A stretch of 64,000 nucleotides of DNA from the NCBI RefSeq assembly GCF_006345805.1, contig NC_042998.1, forward strand, positions 192,572,001 to 192,636,000. Reading direction: 5' to 3'. Source of the DNA: Octopus sinensis. Its lineage: Eukaryota. Shown here piece by piece: positions 37,321 to 49,924 of this stretch. The first letter of the stretch is position 1. Every line of letters begins with the position of its first letter. The notes under the pieces are model-generated. The model was given only the letters and a program-made list of their open reading frames with translations, was not told the DNA's origin and ran no database searches. The position numbers and the translations under genes were made by a program.

Positions 37321-37608
37321 ACATTTGCTTTCCATGCTTGTATAGGCTGTCACAGTCAGTGCCATTTCTTATTGAGTGTCGCTTCTCCTATAGACTGGCG
37401 CTTCTATGTGCCATTTGGCTTTCTACAACCAGATATCACAAACCACTATTCTATCACTTCCTATTGCAAACCACTGTCCAGTCTACTGTGTGCCTTCTTT
37501 TTAACCCTTGGCATCAACCCTAGTGAAGTTGAATAGTCCTTAGCAACACAGGACTAAAGGGACCTCACAACTTTATGCTTTCTCTGCTCACTTGCCAGCT
37601 ACTTTAGA

Positions 37609-38175
37609 GTGTGTCTGTGGGACCGAAGGGAGATCTCATCGGTGACCAAAGGGCGAATATATCAGGCCATCGTTCGTACAGTGCTTCTCTATGGCTGTGA
37701 AACGTGGCCTATGCGGGTGGTCGATCAACGAAGACTGGAAGTCTTCGACAATGACTGCCTCCGGTGCATTCTTCGTTGCTGTCGGGTGAATCATGTTCCC
37801 ACCGCCAATCTCCGACTTCGCCTGTCTCTGCGGCCCCTTCCATCTGTCCTTCTGCAACGGCGCTTGCGGTGGTTTGCCCATGCATGTAGGTGTCCGGTGG
37901 GTGAACTGAGTCGTGATGTCCTTCTCCCAACTCCACTTCCCAACTGGCGGAAACACCCAGGTGGGCAGCTGAAGACCTGGGTTACGACGATCAAGGAGGA
38001 CCTCTCCATGCTCACAGGACCGGCCGATGGAACCGTGACTGGCTTGCTATCTCCAGTGAACTGGCGCAGGACCGTCGTGCGTGGGCTGCCATGGTTCGAG
38101 ATGCCTCAAGGGTGCTAGAAGAAGCCGACTCAACCCGCCCAGGGTGAATGTCGCCACAAGTACAAGTAAGTAAGT
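37609..38175 (+). mobile_element. RTE-clade LINE 3' fragment
   Basis: KGRIYQAIVRTVLLYGCETW..QRRLRWFAH..GGQLKTW is an RTE RT C-terminus; tail CCAGGGTGAATG..CAAGTACAAGTAAGT. Confidence 0.9.
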
Positions 38176-38980
38176 GTACTGGGTGTATTTTTTCAAGGTA
38201 CCAGTACTAGAGAGGTTGTTTTTACTTACTAATCACTGTAGAGAGAACACAGAAGGGTGGAGGTTCTGTCATAGCACCAGCACAGGAGTGCTTTGTAGTA
38301 CATATTACATAGAGTAGTCAGTAACCTAAGATGTGAACTGATGAGGGAAATAGGAGAGAGTGCCACGATAGCAGAAACGGTTGCCGAGAGGGACAAGACT
38401 GTCTCTGTAGTGAGTACTCGATAATCCAGGGCCTGTATATTTGCTCAAGTTCTTGAGGAAGGAAAGTTGGGAGAGAGTTATGATTTGAGAAGGACTAGTA
38501 CAATGGGTGGTGGGGAAAAGGGAGCAAGAATATGATGAAATTTGCTCCCTGCCCCACCCCACCTTTGATTTTGGGGGTGAAGTTGGAAGGTGAGAGATTG
38601 ATAATTAGAGAGGTGGACAAAGGTAGGAGTGAGTGAAAAGATAAGGTGGTGAGTGACACTAGAAGTAGCCCAGAGAAGAGTGAGTGACAGCTGGCTGTAC
38701 AAAAAGACAAAGTTATAGGGTACCAGGGTAGGGAGTGAGGGTGCTCCAGTGTAATCTGTTACCCATAGGCCTAATGAAGGATATGAGAGAGTCAGAGTTC
38801 TCAGGGAGTCTACAGAACATTAAGATTATCTATTGCTTGTCATTTTCGCCAGAGCAATTTTGATGACTGAAGGAAAACAGAATGCAATAGTTTAAAATCT
38901 GACCCATTTGAAATCTAAGCTGAGGTCATGACCTAATCATGCTGTGAGAAATATAAGTTTATGTAGAAGTATTGATGTTT

Positions 38981-39180
38981 ACTCTTTTTTCTCTTTTACT
39001 TGTTCCAGTCATTTGACTGCGGCCATGCTGGAGCACCACCTTTAGTCGAGCAAATCGACCCCAGGACTTATTCTTTGTAAGCCTAGTACTTATTCTATCG
39101 GTCTGTTTTGCCGAACCGCTAAGTTACGGGGACGTAAACACACCACCATCGGTTGTTAAGCGATGTTGGAGGGACAAACT

Positions 39181-39219
<39 letters not shown>

Positions 39220-39367
39220 GACGGGCTTCTTTCAGTTTCCGTCTACCAAATCCACTCACAAGGCTTTGGTCGGCCCGAGGCTATAGTAGAAGACACTTCC
39301 CCAAGGTGCCATGCAGTGGGACTGAACCCGGGACCATGTGGTTAGTTAAGCAGGCTACTTACCACAC
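38981..39367 (-). mobile_element. SINE family A
   Basis: Near-complete copy. Confidence 0.9.
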
Positions 39368-39992
39368 GTAGTGATTTATGTTGACCATAATGAAGATTTA
39401 TCTTGCATGTAAAAGCATTATTGAATTGAATGAAATCTGAATTTGTTATTTTTTTTTTTTTCAAATCTACTAAATAAGAGTATACAAATTGGAATTATGG
39501 AAACTAGAAAGCAATTTGAAATAGAGCAATTTGAAATACGTTATGCTAGTTAGTAACAGGTGGTTAAGTCATTCATGTTTTACAGGGAAATAAAATAACA
39601 AGCACAAAACTTCTTTTATATACACATACATACACCTTCAATTGTTTACTCACGAGATGTATATTGTAGACACATTGGAACAGATAGACATTCACTTACA
39701 CCAATCAATATATATCATCTATGTTTTTGTGTATAGACACATACACATTGTGTCGTAAAATGTCTGTGATATGAATGAATACATGTGACAGATTGTTCCT
39801 GTATGTATTTGAAGTATTATTACTACTACTACTACTACTGCTATGTGGGACTGACTTTCTGACAAAATAAATATAAAATCTTTGATATTTAAAAGTTGAC
39901 TTTTGAATTGTGGCATACGTAAGGTAATGGCCTGGTCTGTAAGCTATACATGTAAGTATTAGACTTAATCTTATTCTAATCTTTAAATCTAA

Positions 39993-40394
39993 TCTTTATA
40001 TATAAAAGTGAAGTTGTGTGTCTCTCTCCTACGATTTAGATTCCTAACTACTCCCACATTTTGCGGTGCAGTTTAACCAAAACCGGGTATCTTATAGTCG
40101 TGATTCATATCGAGCCCTTCTGGGTATTAGCGCGCGTCTACAATGAGTCTACGATTTAATTAAAAATTTACCATCATTTTTTTCCATTTTAATGCATTTT
40201 TTTCGCTATTATATAAGGGAAGTAACTCTCTAAAAAATGTCTACGATGAGTCAATGATTTAAAAAAAAATTTACCATCATTTTTTTTTCCATTTTTAATG
40301 CATTTTTTTTGCTATTTTTTGGCTATAACTCTCTAAAAATGCTTATATAGTTATTTCCCTTACAAACCCGAGCAACGCCGGGCGATACTGCTAG
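39993..40394 (+). mobile_element. Non-autonomous Helitron
   Basis: A|TC start, subterminal hairpin CCCGAGCAACGCCGGG at 40367-40382, CTAG|T end, internal tandem duplication. Confidence 0.85.
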
Positions 40395-40764
40395 TTGAAA
40401 CTAAAATCCCAATCTTTTGTACGTTCTCTGAATTCGGTTGCTTTTGTCTGTTGCCGAGGAAATCTCATTAAACTTAAGCAGTCAACGGAAGCCACAGATG
40501 ACTGTTAACCTTAATTAGTTTACACAATTATTATTCCAGCTATGACTATTTCTTCTTATCGAACACTCTGTGTGTATGTGTGTGTGCACGTGTGCACATG
40601 CATGCGTGTGTATGTGTGTGTGCGCATGCACGATCATTATCATCATTTAACATCTGCCTTCCATGCTGGCATGGGTTGGACAATGTAGGTATAGTGAAAA
40701 GGTGTGCTGAATTGTGAAAAATGTGAAAAGAAGGAAAGTGCACATAATTTTTATGTTGTACAAT

Positions 40765-41421
40765 ATACACACATATATATATGTATATATATATATATAT
40801 ATATAATATTCATATATATAATATATATATAATATTCATATATATATATATATATATAATATTCATATATATATATATATAATATACACACACACACATA
40901 TATGTATATATATAATATTCACATATATATATATATATAATATACACACATATAATATATGCTTATATATCATTTCCATATATATAACATACATATATAT
41001 ATAATATACATAGATATAATATACATATATCATTTGCATATATATCATATCCATATATATAACATAAATATATATAATATACATATATATATATAATATA
41101 TATATATATAATATACATATATATATATGTATATATATAATATTCATATATATAACATAAATATATATAATATACATATATATATATAATATACATATAT
41201 CATATGCATATATATCATATGCATATATATCATATGCATATATATCATATGCATATATATCATATGCATATATATACATATGCATATATATCATATGCAT
41301 ATATATCATATGCATATATATACATATGCATATATATACATATGCATATATATCATATGCATATATATCATATGCATATATATCATATGCATATATATAC
41401 ATATGCATATATATACATATG

Positions 41422-41452
<31 letters not shown>

Positions 41453-41510
41453 GCATGCATATGTATACATTTACATATGCATACATATATATATATGTAC
41501 GTATGTATGT
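40765..41510. repeat. Compound AT-rich micro/minisatellite with CATATGCATATATAT units
   Basis: Direct reading. Confidence 0.95.
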
Positions 41511-41875
41511 ATAATTGGTCAGTACTTCATATATCCGAAAAAGAAGCTCAGTCTAAAACAGAGCAGTAGTATATTTAGAAGATTGTTTGTTATGACCGGT
41601 CAGAGAGTGACCATTTGTTTTGTAAACTAACCATGATGTTGTTCGTCCTGCCAGTTTGAGTCTGACAAATCACCTTCTGACCAGCCATGACAAACAACCT
41701 TCTATATATAAGGCTGTGTGGTAAGAAACTTGTTTCCCAATCATATGGTTCCAGGTTCAGTCCCTCTGTGTGGCACACTGGGCAAGTGTTTTCTACTATA
41801 GCCCTGTGAGTAGACAGAATTGTAGACCGATTTGGTAGACAGAAACTGAAAGAAGCCCATCATATATATATATAT

Positions 41876-42108
41876 ATTTTTTCTTTACTACCCACAAGGG
41901 GCTAAACACAGAGGGGACAAACAAGGACAGACAAACGGATTAAGTCGATTACATCGACCCCAGTGCGTAACTGGTACTTAATTTATCGACCCCGAAAGGA
42001 TGGAAGGCAAAGTCGACCTCGGCGGAATTTGAACTTGGAACGTAACGACAGACGAAATATGGCTCCGAATTTCGCCCGGCGTGCTAACGTTTCTGCCAGC
42101 TCGCCACC
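41876..42108 (-). mobile_element. SINE family B monomer, full head
   Basis: Minus strand begins GGTGGCGAGCTGGCAGAAACGTTAGC. Confidence 0.9.
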
Positions 42109-42111
42109 TTA

Positions 42112-42178
<67 letters not shown>

Positions 42179-42390
42179 TGTGTGTGTCTTTGTATCTGCA
42201 TTTACCCCCCCCTCCCCATTATCGCTTGACAGCTGATAGTGGTGTATTTACATAAAAGTGACCAATAGAATAAGTAGTAGGCTTACAAAGAATAAGTTCT
42301 GGAGTTGATTTCTTCAACTAAAAAACCCATACAGGCAGTGCTCCAGCATGGCTGCAGTCAACTGACTGATCAAGTAAAAGAATAAAAGAA

Positions 42391-42788
42391 TGCACAGGAG
42401 TGGCTGTGTGGTAAGAAGCTTGCTTGCCAGCCACATGGTTCCTGGTTCAATCCCACTGCATAGCATCTTGGACAAGTGTCTTCTACTATAACCTTGGGTC
42501 AACTAAAGCCTTGTGAGTGGATTTGGTAGATGGAAGCTGAAAGAAGCCCATCGTATGTGTGTGTGTGTGTCTGTATATATGTATGTATTTGTGTGTCTGT
42601 GTTTGTCCCCCACCATCGCTTGACAACCGATGTTGTATGTTTACGTCCCCGTAACTTAGAGGTTTGGCATAAGAGACCGATAGAATAAGTAGCAGGCTTA
42701 AGAAGAATAAGTCCTAGGGTTGATTTGTTTGACTAAAAGGCAATGCTCTAGCATGGCCACAGTCAAATGATTGAAACAAATAAAAAGA
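42391..42788 (+). mobile_element. SINE family A, diverged, preceded by a 3' half copy at 42180-42388
   Basis: Similarity to family A. Confidence 0.8.
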
Positions 42789-42808
42789 ATTTTTTTTCTC
42801 TCCTTGTT

Positions 42809-42846
42809 TCTTTCTGTGGAAGAGCATAGGCTCGAAACGTAAAAGA
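42809..42846 (+). ncRNA. Minimal hammerhead-like fold (A6U core)
   Basis: TCTTT-CTGTGGA-A-GAGC(ATAG)GCTC-GAA-ACGT-A-AAAGA; homologue on the minus strand at 59976-60008. Confidence 0.5.
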
Positions 42847-43262
42847 CTTTTTCAATTCCTGAGCGTTATACTAATACACCTGCCTTCATCTTTTGTTTTT
42901 TTCATGAATTCTCCCTATATATATATATATATATATATATCGAAATGCGGGGTAGACGAAACAGGGACAACTGAAGAAGGGGAATATTCCTTGTGTTGTA
43001 TGTCTTGTACTCTGTTTTTTTTCGTTGTTTGAAACAAAAGTTCGTTTCTATGTTTTTGTTATATTTTCGTTTCTCATTGTGTTCCACACTTTTTTTTATG
43101 TCCTGTACCCATATATGCATGTATATATACATATAGATGTAGGTATGTACATATATGTATGTATATATGCATATATTTATATATTATTTATATATAATTG
43201 AACGCCATGCATCCTTTTCCAAGTAAGTTTTATCTATCTATCTATATATATATATATCTATA

Positions 43263-43308
<46 letters not shown>

Positions 43309-43311
<3 letters not shown>

Positions 43312-43588
43312 TCATCATCATCGTTTAACGTCCGTTTTTCGTGCTAGCACGGGTTGGACAGTTTGACTGGGGTCTGGGAAGCCAGGGGCTGCACCAGGCT
43401 CCAGTCTGATTTGGCAGAGTTTCTACAGCTGGATGCCCTTCCTAACGCCAACCACTCCGTGAGTGTAGTGGGTGCTTTTTACGTGCCACCTGCACAGGTG
43501 CCAGGGTGTCCGGCATCGGCCGGGATCGGTTGGAGCTTTTAACGTGCCACCGGCTCGGAAGCCAGCCAAGGTGGCGCTGGCAACGGCC
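43309..43588 (-). mobile_element. Family C retroposon
   Basis: (CAT)n plus conserved block. Confidence 0.85.
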
Positions 43589-43622
43589 CAATGTATATAT
43601 ATATATATATATATATATATGT

Positions 43623-44031
43623 AGGTGCAAGAGTGGCTGTGCGATAAGCAGCTTGCTTACCAACCACATGGTTCTGGGTTCAGTCCCATTGCGTGGCACC
43701 TTAGGCAAGTGTTTTCTACTATAGCCTTGTGAGTGATTTGGTAGACAGAAGCCTGTTGTATATATATATATATATATATATGTTTATATATATATATGTG
43801 TGTGTGTGTGAGAATATGTGTGTGTGTTTGTCTGTGTGTTCCCCCTCCCCAATCACTTGACAACCAATGTTGGTGTATTTATGTCCCTGTAACCTAGCGG
43901 TTCAGCAAAAGAGACCGATAGAATAAGTGCTAGGCTTACAAAGAATAAGTCTCGGGGGTCGATTTGTTCGACTGAAAGGCTGTGCTCCAGCATGGCCGCA
44001 GTCGAATGACTGAAACAAAAGAATAAAAGAA
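43623..44031 (+). mobile_element. SINE family A
   Basis: Head, (AT)n and tail. Confidence 0.85.
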
Positions 44032-44436
44032 TATATATACACACACACACACACAAAAAGATTTTCTGGTCACAGCTGGAATGCTTGTAGCCTACTTGCT
44101 TAAAACTGATCGAGAACTGCTCTACAACAACATTTAAAAATGCTAATAGTATTTAACAAAGTGAATGAGGCACCTCGTACATAGTCACTCTACTTAAGAA
44201 TACTAAATTTTAAATCACACTGTAATCTTAAAAGAACAAAAAAGTCATATGTCTGTATGTATATATATGTATGTATGTCTACACGATCCCTATTGATCGT
44301 TTTTTTTTTTTTTCCTTTTTACGATCCCTTTTGATCGAAAACTTACCCCACCTTTTTTTTTACTCCCTAAAAAGAAAAGCTCTACCTTGTAATTTTCCCA
44401 TCTGTGTTTAGCCTTGTGTGGCTAATAGAGCAACAT

Positions 44437-44507
44437 ATCTCTCTCTATCTATCTATCTATCTATCTGTATACATCAATCTATCTATCTATCTGTCTATCT
44501 ATCTATC

Positions 44508-44564
<57 letters not shown>

Positions 44565-44640
44565 GTCTGTATACATCAGTCTATCTATCTATCTGTCTAT
44601 TTATCTATCTATCTATCTATCTATCTGTCTGTATACATCA

Positions 44641-44714
<74 letters not shown>

Positions 44715-44760
44715 ATATCTATATATCTATCTATATATCTATATATCTATCTATCTATCT
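44437..44760. repeat. (ATCT)n microsatellite
   Basis: Direct reading. Confidence 0.95.
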
Positions 44761-44785
44761 AAATGTTTTTCCCTTTTCTTTCAAG

Positions 44786-44840
44786 ACGAGAATGTGATTG
44801 ATTTAAGGTTTAAGGATTATTTGGCTGGTGTTTTTAGCAG
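44786..44840 (+). CDS. Candidate internal exon ([19 protein letters not shown]; donor uncertain)
   Basis: Strong TTTTCCCTTTTCTTTCAAG acceptor; open frame; alternative GT sites downstream. Confidence 0.4.
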
Positions 44841-45269
44841 GTTGAGTGACTACATAGAAGCTTCCTTGTTAGCTTTATTACATTATTTACTATTTGCATT
44901 TTTAAATGTTGTTGTTGTTCCTAATTAGCTTTAATCAAGTAGGCTATAATTAAAAGCATTCCAGCTGTAACCATAAAGTCGTTTTGTATATACATTGCTA
45001 CATTATTTGAGTATAGCCTTCTATCTGTATGATTGTAGAATGGAATTTGAGGAAAATTTGACTGCTATTTCTATACAATGTTTCATGATTAGACCTTTGA
45101 ATAGCATGTACACTCCATCCAATTTCACTCACAAGGCTTGGATCAACCAAGATTTGCCACATGGACACATACATATATGTGTACAGGTATGGCTACATGG
45201 TAAGAAATTTGCTTCCCAACCACATGGTCTCGCGTTCCGTTACTTCAGCAAATGTCTTCTACTGTAGCC

Positions 45270-45870
45270 TGTATGTATATATGTGTGTGTGCATGTGTAT
45301 GTATATATGTGTGTGCATGTGTATGTATATATGTGTGTGCATGTGTATGTATATGTGTGTGTGTGCATGTGTATGTATATATGTGTGTGTGTGCACGTGT
45401 ATGTATATATATGTGTGTGCATGTGTATGTATATATGTGTGTGCATGTGTATGTATGTATGTGTGTGCATGTGTATGTATATATGTGTGTGTGCATGTGT
45501 TTGTATGTATGTGTGTGCATGTGTATGTATGTATGTGTGTGCATGTGTATGTATGTATGTGTGTGCATGTGTTTGTATATATGTGTGTGTGCATGTGTAT
45601 GTATATATGTGTGTGCATGTGTATGTATATATGTGTGTGTGCATGTGTATGTATGTATGTGTGTGCATGTGTATGTATATATGTGTGTGTGCATGTGTAT
45701 GTATATATGTGTGTGCATATGTTTGTATATATGTGTGTGCATGTGTTTGTATGTGAGTGTATATATGTGTTTGTATGTGTATGTATATGTGTGTGTGCAT
45801 GTGTTTCTATGTTAGTGTATATATGTGTGTGTGTGCATGTGTTTGTGTGTGTATGTATATATGTGTGTGA
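45270..45870. repeat. Minisatellite of ~24-26-bp GTGTGCATGTGTATGTATATAT units
   Basis: Direct reading. Confidence 0.95.
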
Positions 45871-46131
45871 TTGTTACTGTCTCTTTGACTTAACATAGTG
45901 TGATAATTGTAAATGAGTGTAACTGTAGCCATGCAACCAGAGCCCTTTTATTTCCCATCTTCTCTGGAAGAATACTTAGACATTGGGAGGTGTTGCTTTT
46001 CTTGGAAACATGTGAGATATATGAGGGTTGGTGACTGGAAGTGTATCTGCCCTTTGAAAATCTGCTGCAGTAAACTGTCTGATCTATAGAAACATGGAAA
46101 AGTTGACATTAAAATGGAAATATAGAGATTT

Positions 46132-46540
46132 AGGCGCAGGAGTGGCTGTGTGGTAAGTAGCTTGTTTACCAACCACATGGTTCCGGGTTCAGTCCCACTG
46201 CGCGGCACCTTGGGCAAGTGTCTTCTACTATAGCCTCGGGCCAACCAAAGCCTTGTGAGTGGATTTGGTAGACGGAAACTGAAAGAAGCCCGTCGTATAT
46301 ATATGTGTGTGTGTGTGCGTTTGTTTGTGTGTCTGTGTTTGTCCCCCTAGCATTGCTTGACAACCGATGCTGGTGTGTTTATGTCTCCGTCACTTAGCGG
46401 TTTGGCAAAAGAGACCGATAGAATAAGTACTGGGCTTACAAAGAATAAGTCCCGGGGTCGAGTTGCTCAATTTAAGGCAGTGCTCCAGCATGGCCGCAGT
46501 CAAATGACTGAAACAAGTAAAAGAGTAAAAGAGTAAAGAG
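46132..46540 (+). mobile_element. SINE family A, full length
   Basis: Complete copy. Confidence 0.9.
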
Positions 46541-46932
46541 ATTTGTTCATTTTGCAACCAGTTTTCCATGTGGGAATAGGTTAAGGTGATCACATTATTG
46601 AGGCATTATTTTACACCCTGATGCCTTTTCTGTCACTAAGAATTATTTCTCAAATAAGGAATCTATTTCATATGTCTTTGAAAGTATGATGTAAATGGTT
46701 AATTTGCTAAAAGAATTGACAGTATTACTTGTAGGGAACAACTTTCTTGGAGCACAAATATAAAGAAACACACAGACACACATATACATTGCCTAGCCAT
46801 GTATGTAGCTATATTATGTGTGTATTCTTTTGCATTTATCACTGTCAAGAGATAATAAAGTAGAATAAATTCAGATTATGCAATAGAAGTAGGTCTACAA
46901 TGCATATCTTATTGATATCACATACTTCTTAG

Positions 46933-47003
46933 ATTTGTGTCGTTTAAATGCCAAAAGCTGCAGTTTAACATCTGAGAAAATACTCTTTAAAGATATATAT
47001 AAG
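46933..47003 (+). CDS. Candidate internal exon (LCRLNAKSCSLTSEKILFKDIYK)
   Basis: CTTCTTAG acceptor, AAG|GTTAAA donor; ends in phase 0, matching the next candidate. Confidence 0.45.
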
Positions 47004-47102
47004 GTTAAAAAATATAATATGCTTCAGAGCTAGGAGAAACGCCTTTATGTCTCTGAAGGGAATTTTTCTGGATGATAAACTGCAGCTTATGGTCTTTAAA
47101 CA

Positions 47103-47620
47103 GCACAAGTATATTAAGTATGGAATTACAACCGTGTTTCGTGGTCTGCTACCACAACAGCTCCTTTATAGGATCCAGTTAGCTCAAGACATCATCAGGA
47201 GGAACCATGTCTGATTTCGGCCCCTACTCCTCTACCGTTTTGACGTGGCGGGGCCACCCCTTTCAGAGGTGTCTTTAGCTCTGGTGTTGAGTGCATGTCT
47301 TCTTTCTTCTATTCCCTGGCCTCTTCGATGTAGCATCAATGAGTGTCAACGGGCGACTGACTGTTTTGTCAAAATTTTCCCTTTAAATACCTGCTGCTAG
47401 ACTCCAGCAAGCAGCCCCAGCAAGTTGTCACATGACACTGTCTCAACTTTAACTGACCAATGAAGGCATGTAGTCTTAGCCCGCACATTCTCTAAACGAC
47501 CATCACCTGTCAGTCAGCGAAGCTGGTTCAGTGTCAGCTTGTCTCACCTAGTGATGTTATTTCCGCCGACATGTTATGACTTTCAAGCCATTTTTGGTCT
47601 TCCCGCTTCAGCCATATATT
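47103..47620 (-). mobile_element. Possible Penelope-like terminal repeat
   Basis: GC-richer island; minus strand has CTGATGA and a GTGGT/ACCAC stem before GAAAC, but no complete hammerhead fold. Confidence 0.3.
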
Positions 47621-47944
47621 GAAGCTGCTCTTTTTCGACCGCCTCCTGTACTCTCCTTATTAGTTTTCGTAATATTGTGATATTGAGGTTCTTTTATTGC
47701 ATAATCTGGATTCATTCTACTTGTGCAACACCATTGCTAATCAGCGAATAGTTTTTTACATCATCTGTATATGCTTCTGACTAGAAATTTAGATTTTGTT
47801 TCAGAAATGACTTGAACCTACAATAATGATAAGCTGTAACTACAGCAAAATATGTATCTTACCACTCTCATGGCCACTTCTGGAGTAAGTTCATTTTGCC
47901 TTGCTGAGAAGTATGATATGCTTTTTAAATCTAGATATCTTTAA

Positions 47945-48163
47945 CCCTTTAGTGTTCAGATTATTCTATCAAACATAATGCCTATTGATTCCCATTGATT
48001 TGAATTAATCATGCATTATCTCATATCTTCAAGATCTTGATGTTGTAATTATTTAATGTAGATTAACATTGTAGGGTAGGTATGAGAGCCTGGATCTGGT
48101 CAGTTTGAACATAAAACAGATTAACTATTTTGGCCGGATATGGCCGGTTTAAATACTAAAGGG
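47945..48163. mobile_element. piggyBac-like MITE (family 2)
   Basis: TTAA|CCCTTTAG...CTAAAGGG|TTAA. Confidence 0.85.
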
Positions 48164-48288
48164 TTAAAGGGAGTTTTCCTGGACAATAAAGTGCAGCTTC
48201 TGTCATCTAAACAATATGTGTATGTTAAGTATGTGGTATTGGTAATGTTTAAATAATGAAGTTTTACCTTACTAATCATTCAAAACAG

Positions 48289-48456
48289 TCCCTCTTGGGC
48301 ATATGTATTGTTGATTGCCCCTATGCCATCCCCACTGATGTCATCCTAAGAAGTCCTGAGCAGTTTGTTTATCATCAGTTTACAACAGAAATTGTGGGAA
48401 AAGTGCTGAGTTCAACACCAGATTGCCTTAGAGGTTCTACTAAGGAATTTTTAAAG
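48289..48456 (+). CDS. Candidate internal exon, 56 codons (SLLGICIVDCPYAIPTDVILRSPEQFVYHQFTTEIVGKVLSSTPDCLRGSTKEFLK)
   Basis: CTAAT branch-like site, AACAG acceptor, AAG|GTTTAC donor, open phase 0-0; product not recognised. Confidence 0.55.
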
Positions 48457-48488
48457 GTTTACTATCTAGCCTTTGTCACATGAGGCAG

Positions 48489-49924
48489 GAGAATTCATCT
48501 ACGAAGCAATTGCCCCAGCTCCTCTTCAGGGTTGGCGAAAGCGATGTGATGGACAATGAAAAACCTGGCTGATGATAGTCAAGGCTGATTTGGAACCCAA
48601 CCTACGAAGCAATTGTCCCAGCTCCCCTTCAGGGTTGGGGAAAGCAATATGGTGGACAACAAAAAACCTGGCTGATGACAGTCAAGGCTGATATGGAACT
48701 TAACCTAGGCTCCCATATCTACGGTGTTCGCCGCTGGAATAAGGAGTGGTTGGAGATCACGGGGTCGTTAGCCTCAAATCGACAGGTCTGGTCGGCATTT
48801 GTGAGAGATGCAGCACTGAGGATGAATGAAGCCAGCTCAACCCACCCCGGGTGAATGCTGTCTGAAGACAAAGAAGACATGTATGTATGCATGCATGCTA
48901 CATATATATATGTATGTATGTTTGTATGTATGTATGTATGCATGCAGGTATGTTTGTATGTATGTATTTTTGTATGTATGTATGTATGTCAATCAGGAGA
49001 ATTCATCAACGAAGCAATTGCCCCTACTCCCCTTCAGGGTTGGCGAAAGCAATGTGGTGGACAACGAAAAACCTGGCTGATGATAGTCAAAGCTGATCTG
49101 GAACCCAACCTAGGCCCCCATATCTACAGTATTTGCCGCTGGAATAAGGAGTGGTCGGAGATCAAGCGGTCGTTAGCCTCAAATCGCCAGGCCTGGTCGG
49201 CGTTTGTGAGGGATTCAGCATTGAGGATGAATGAAGTCAGCTCAACCCACCCCGGGTGAATGCTGTCTGAAGACAAAGAAGACATATATGTATGTATGTA
49301 TGTATGTCAACCAGGAGAATTCATCTATGAAGCAATTGCCCCAGCTCCCCTTCAGGGTTGGCGAAAGCGATGTGGTGGACAACGAAAAACCTGGCTGATG
49401 ATAGTCAAGGCTGATCTGGAACCCAACCTAGGCCCCCATATCTACAGTATTTGCCGCTGGAATAAGGAGTGGTCGGAGATCAAGCGGTCGTTAGCCTCAA
49501 ATCGCCAGGCCTGGTCGGCGTTTGTGAGGGATTCAGCATTGAGGATGAATGAAGTCAGCTCAACCCACCCCGGGTGAATGCTGTCTGAAGACAAAGAAGA
49601 CATATATGTATGTATGTATGTATGTCAACCAGGAGAATTCATCTATGAAGCAATTGCCCCAGCTCCCCTTCAGGGTTGGCGAAAGCGATGTGGTGGACAA
49701 CGAAAAACCTGGCTGATGACAGTCAAGGCTGATCCGGAACCCAACCTAGGCCCCCATATCTACGGCATTCACCGTTGGAATAAGGAGTGGTTGGAGATCA
49801 CACGGTCATTAGCCTCAAATCACCAGGTCTGGTCGGCGTTTGTGAGGGATTCAGCATTGAGGATGAATGAAGCCAGCTCAACCCACCCCGGGTGAATGCT
49901 GTCTCAAGACAAGACAAGAAGAAG
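48489..49924 (+). repeat. Four-unit tandem array of RTE LINE 3' ends
   Basis: CAGGAGAATTCATC at 48486, 48994, 49312 and 49630; (TATG)n linkers; ACATGAGGCAG duplicated at 48478-48488 and 49925-49935. Confidence 0.9.

Noticed and set aside
38300-38800. Purine-rich stretch possibly a decayed LINE on the minus strand
   Set aside because: No diagnostic RT or endonuclease motif could be read.
42950-43000. GAAAC...CTGAAGAAGGGG as a permuted hammerhead
   Set aside because: No NUH triplet or consistent helices.
47130-47200. CTGATGA...GAAAC on the minus strand as a hammerhead
   Set aside because: Helix II does not close between the core and GAAA, and helix I does not pair.
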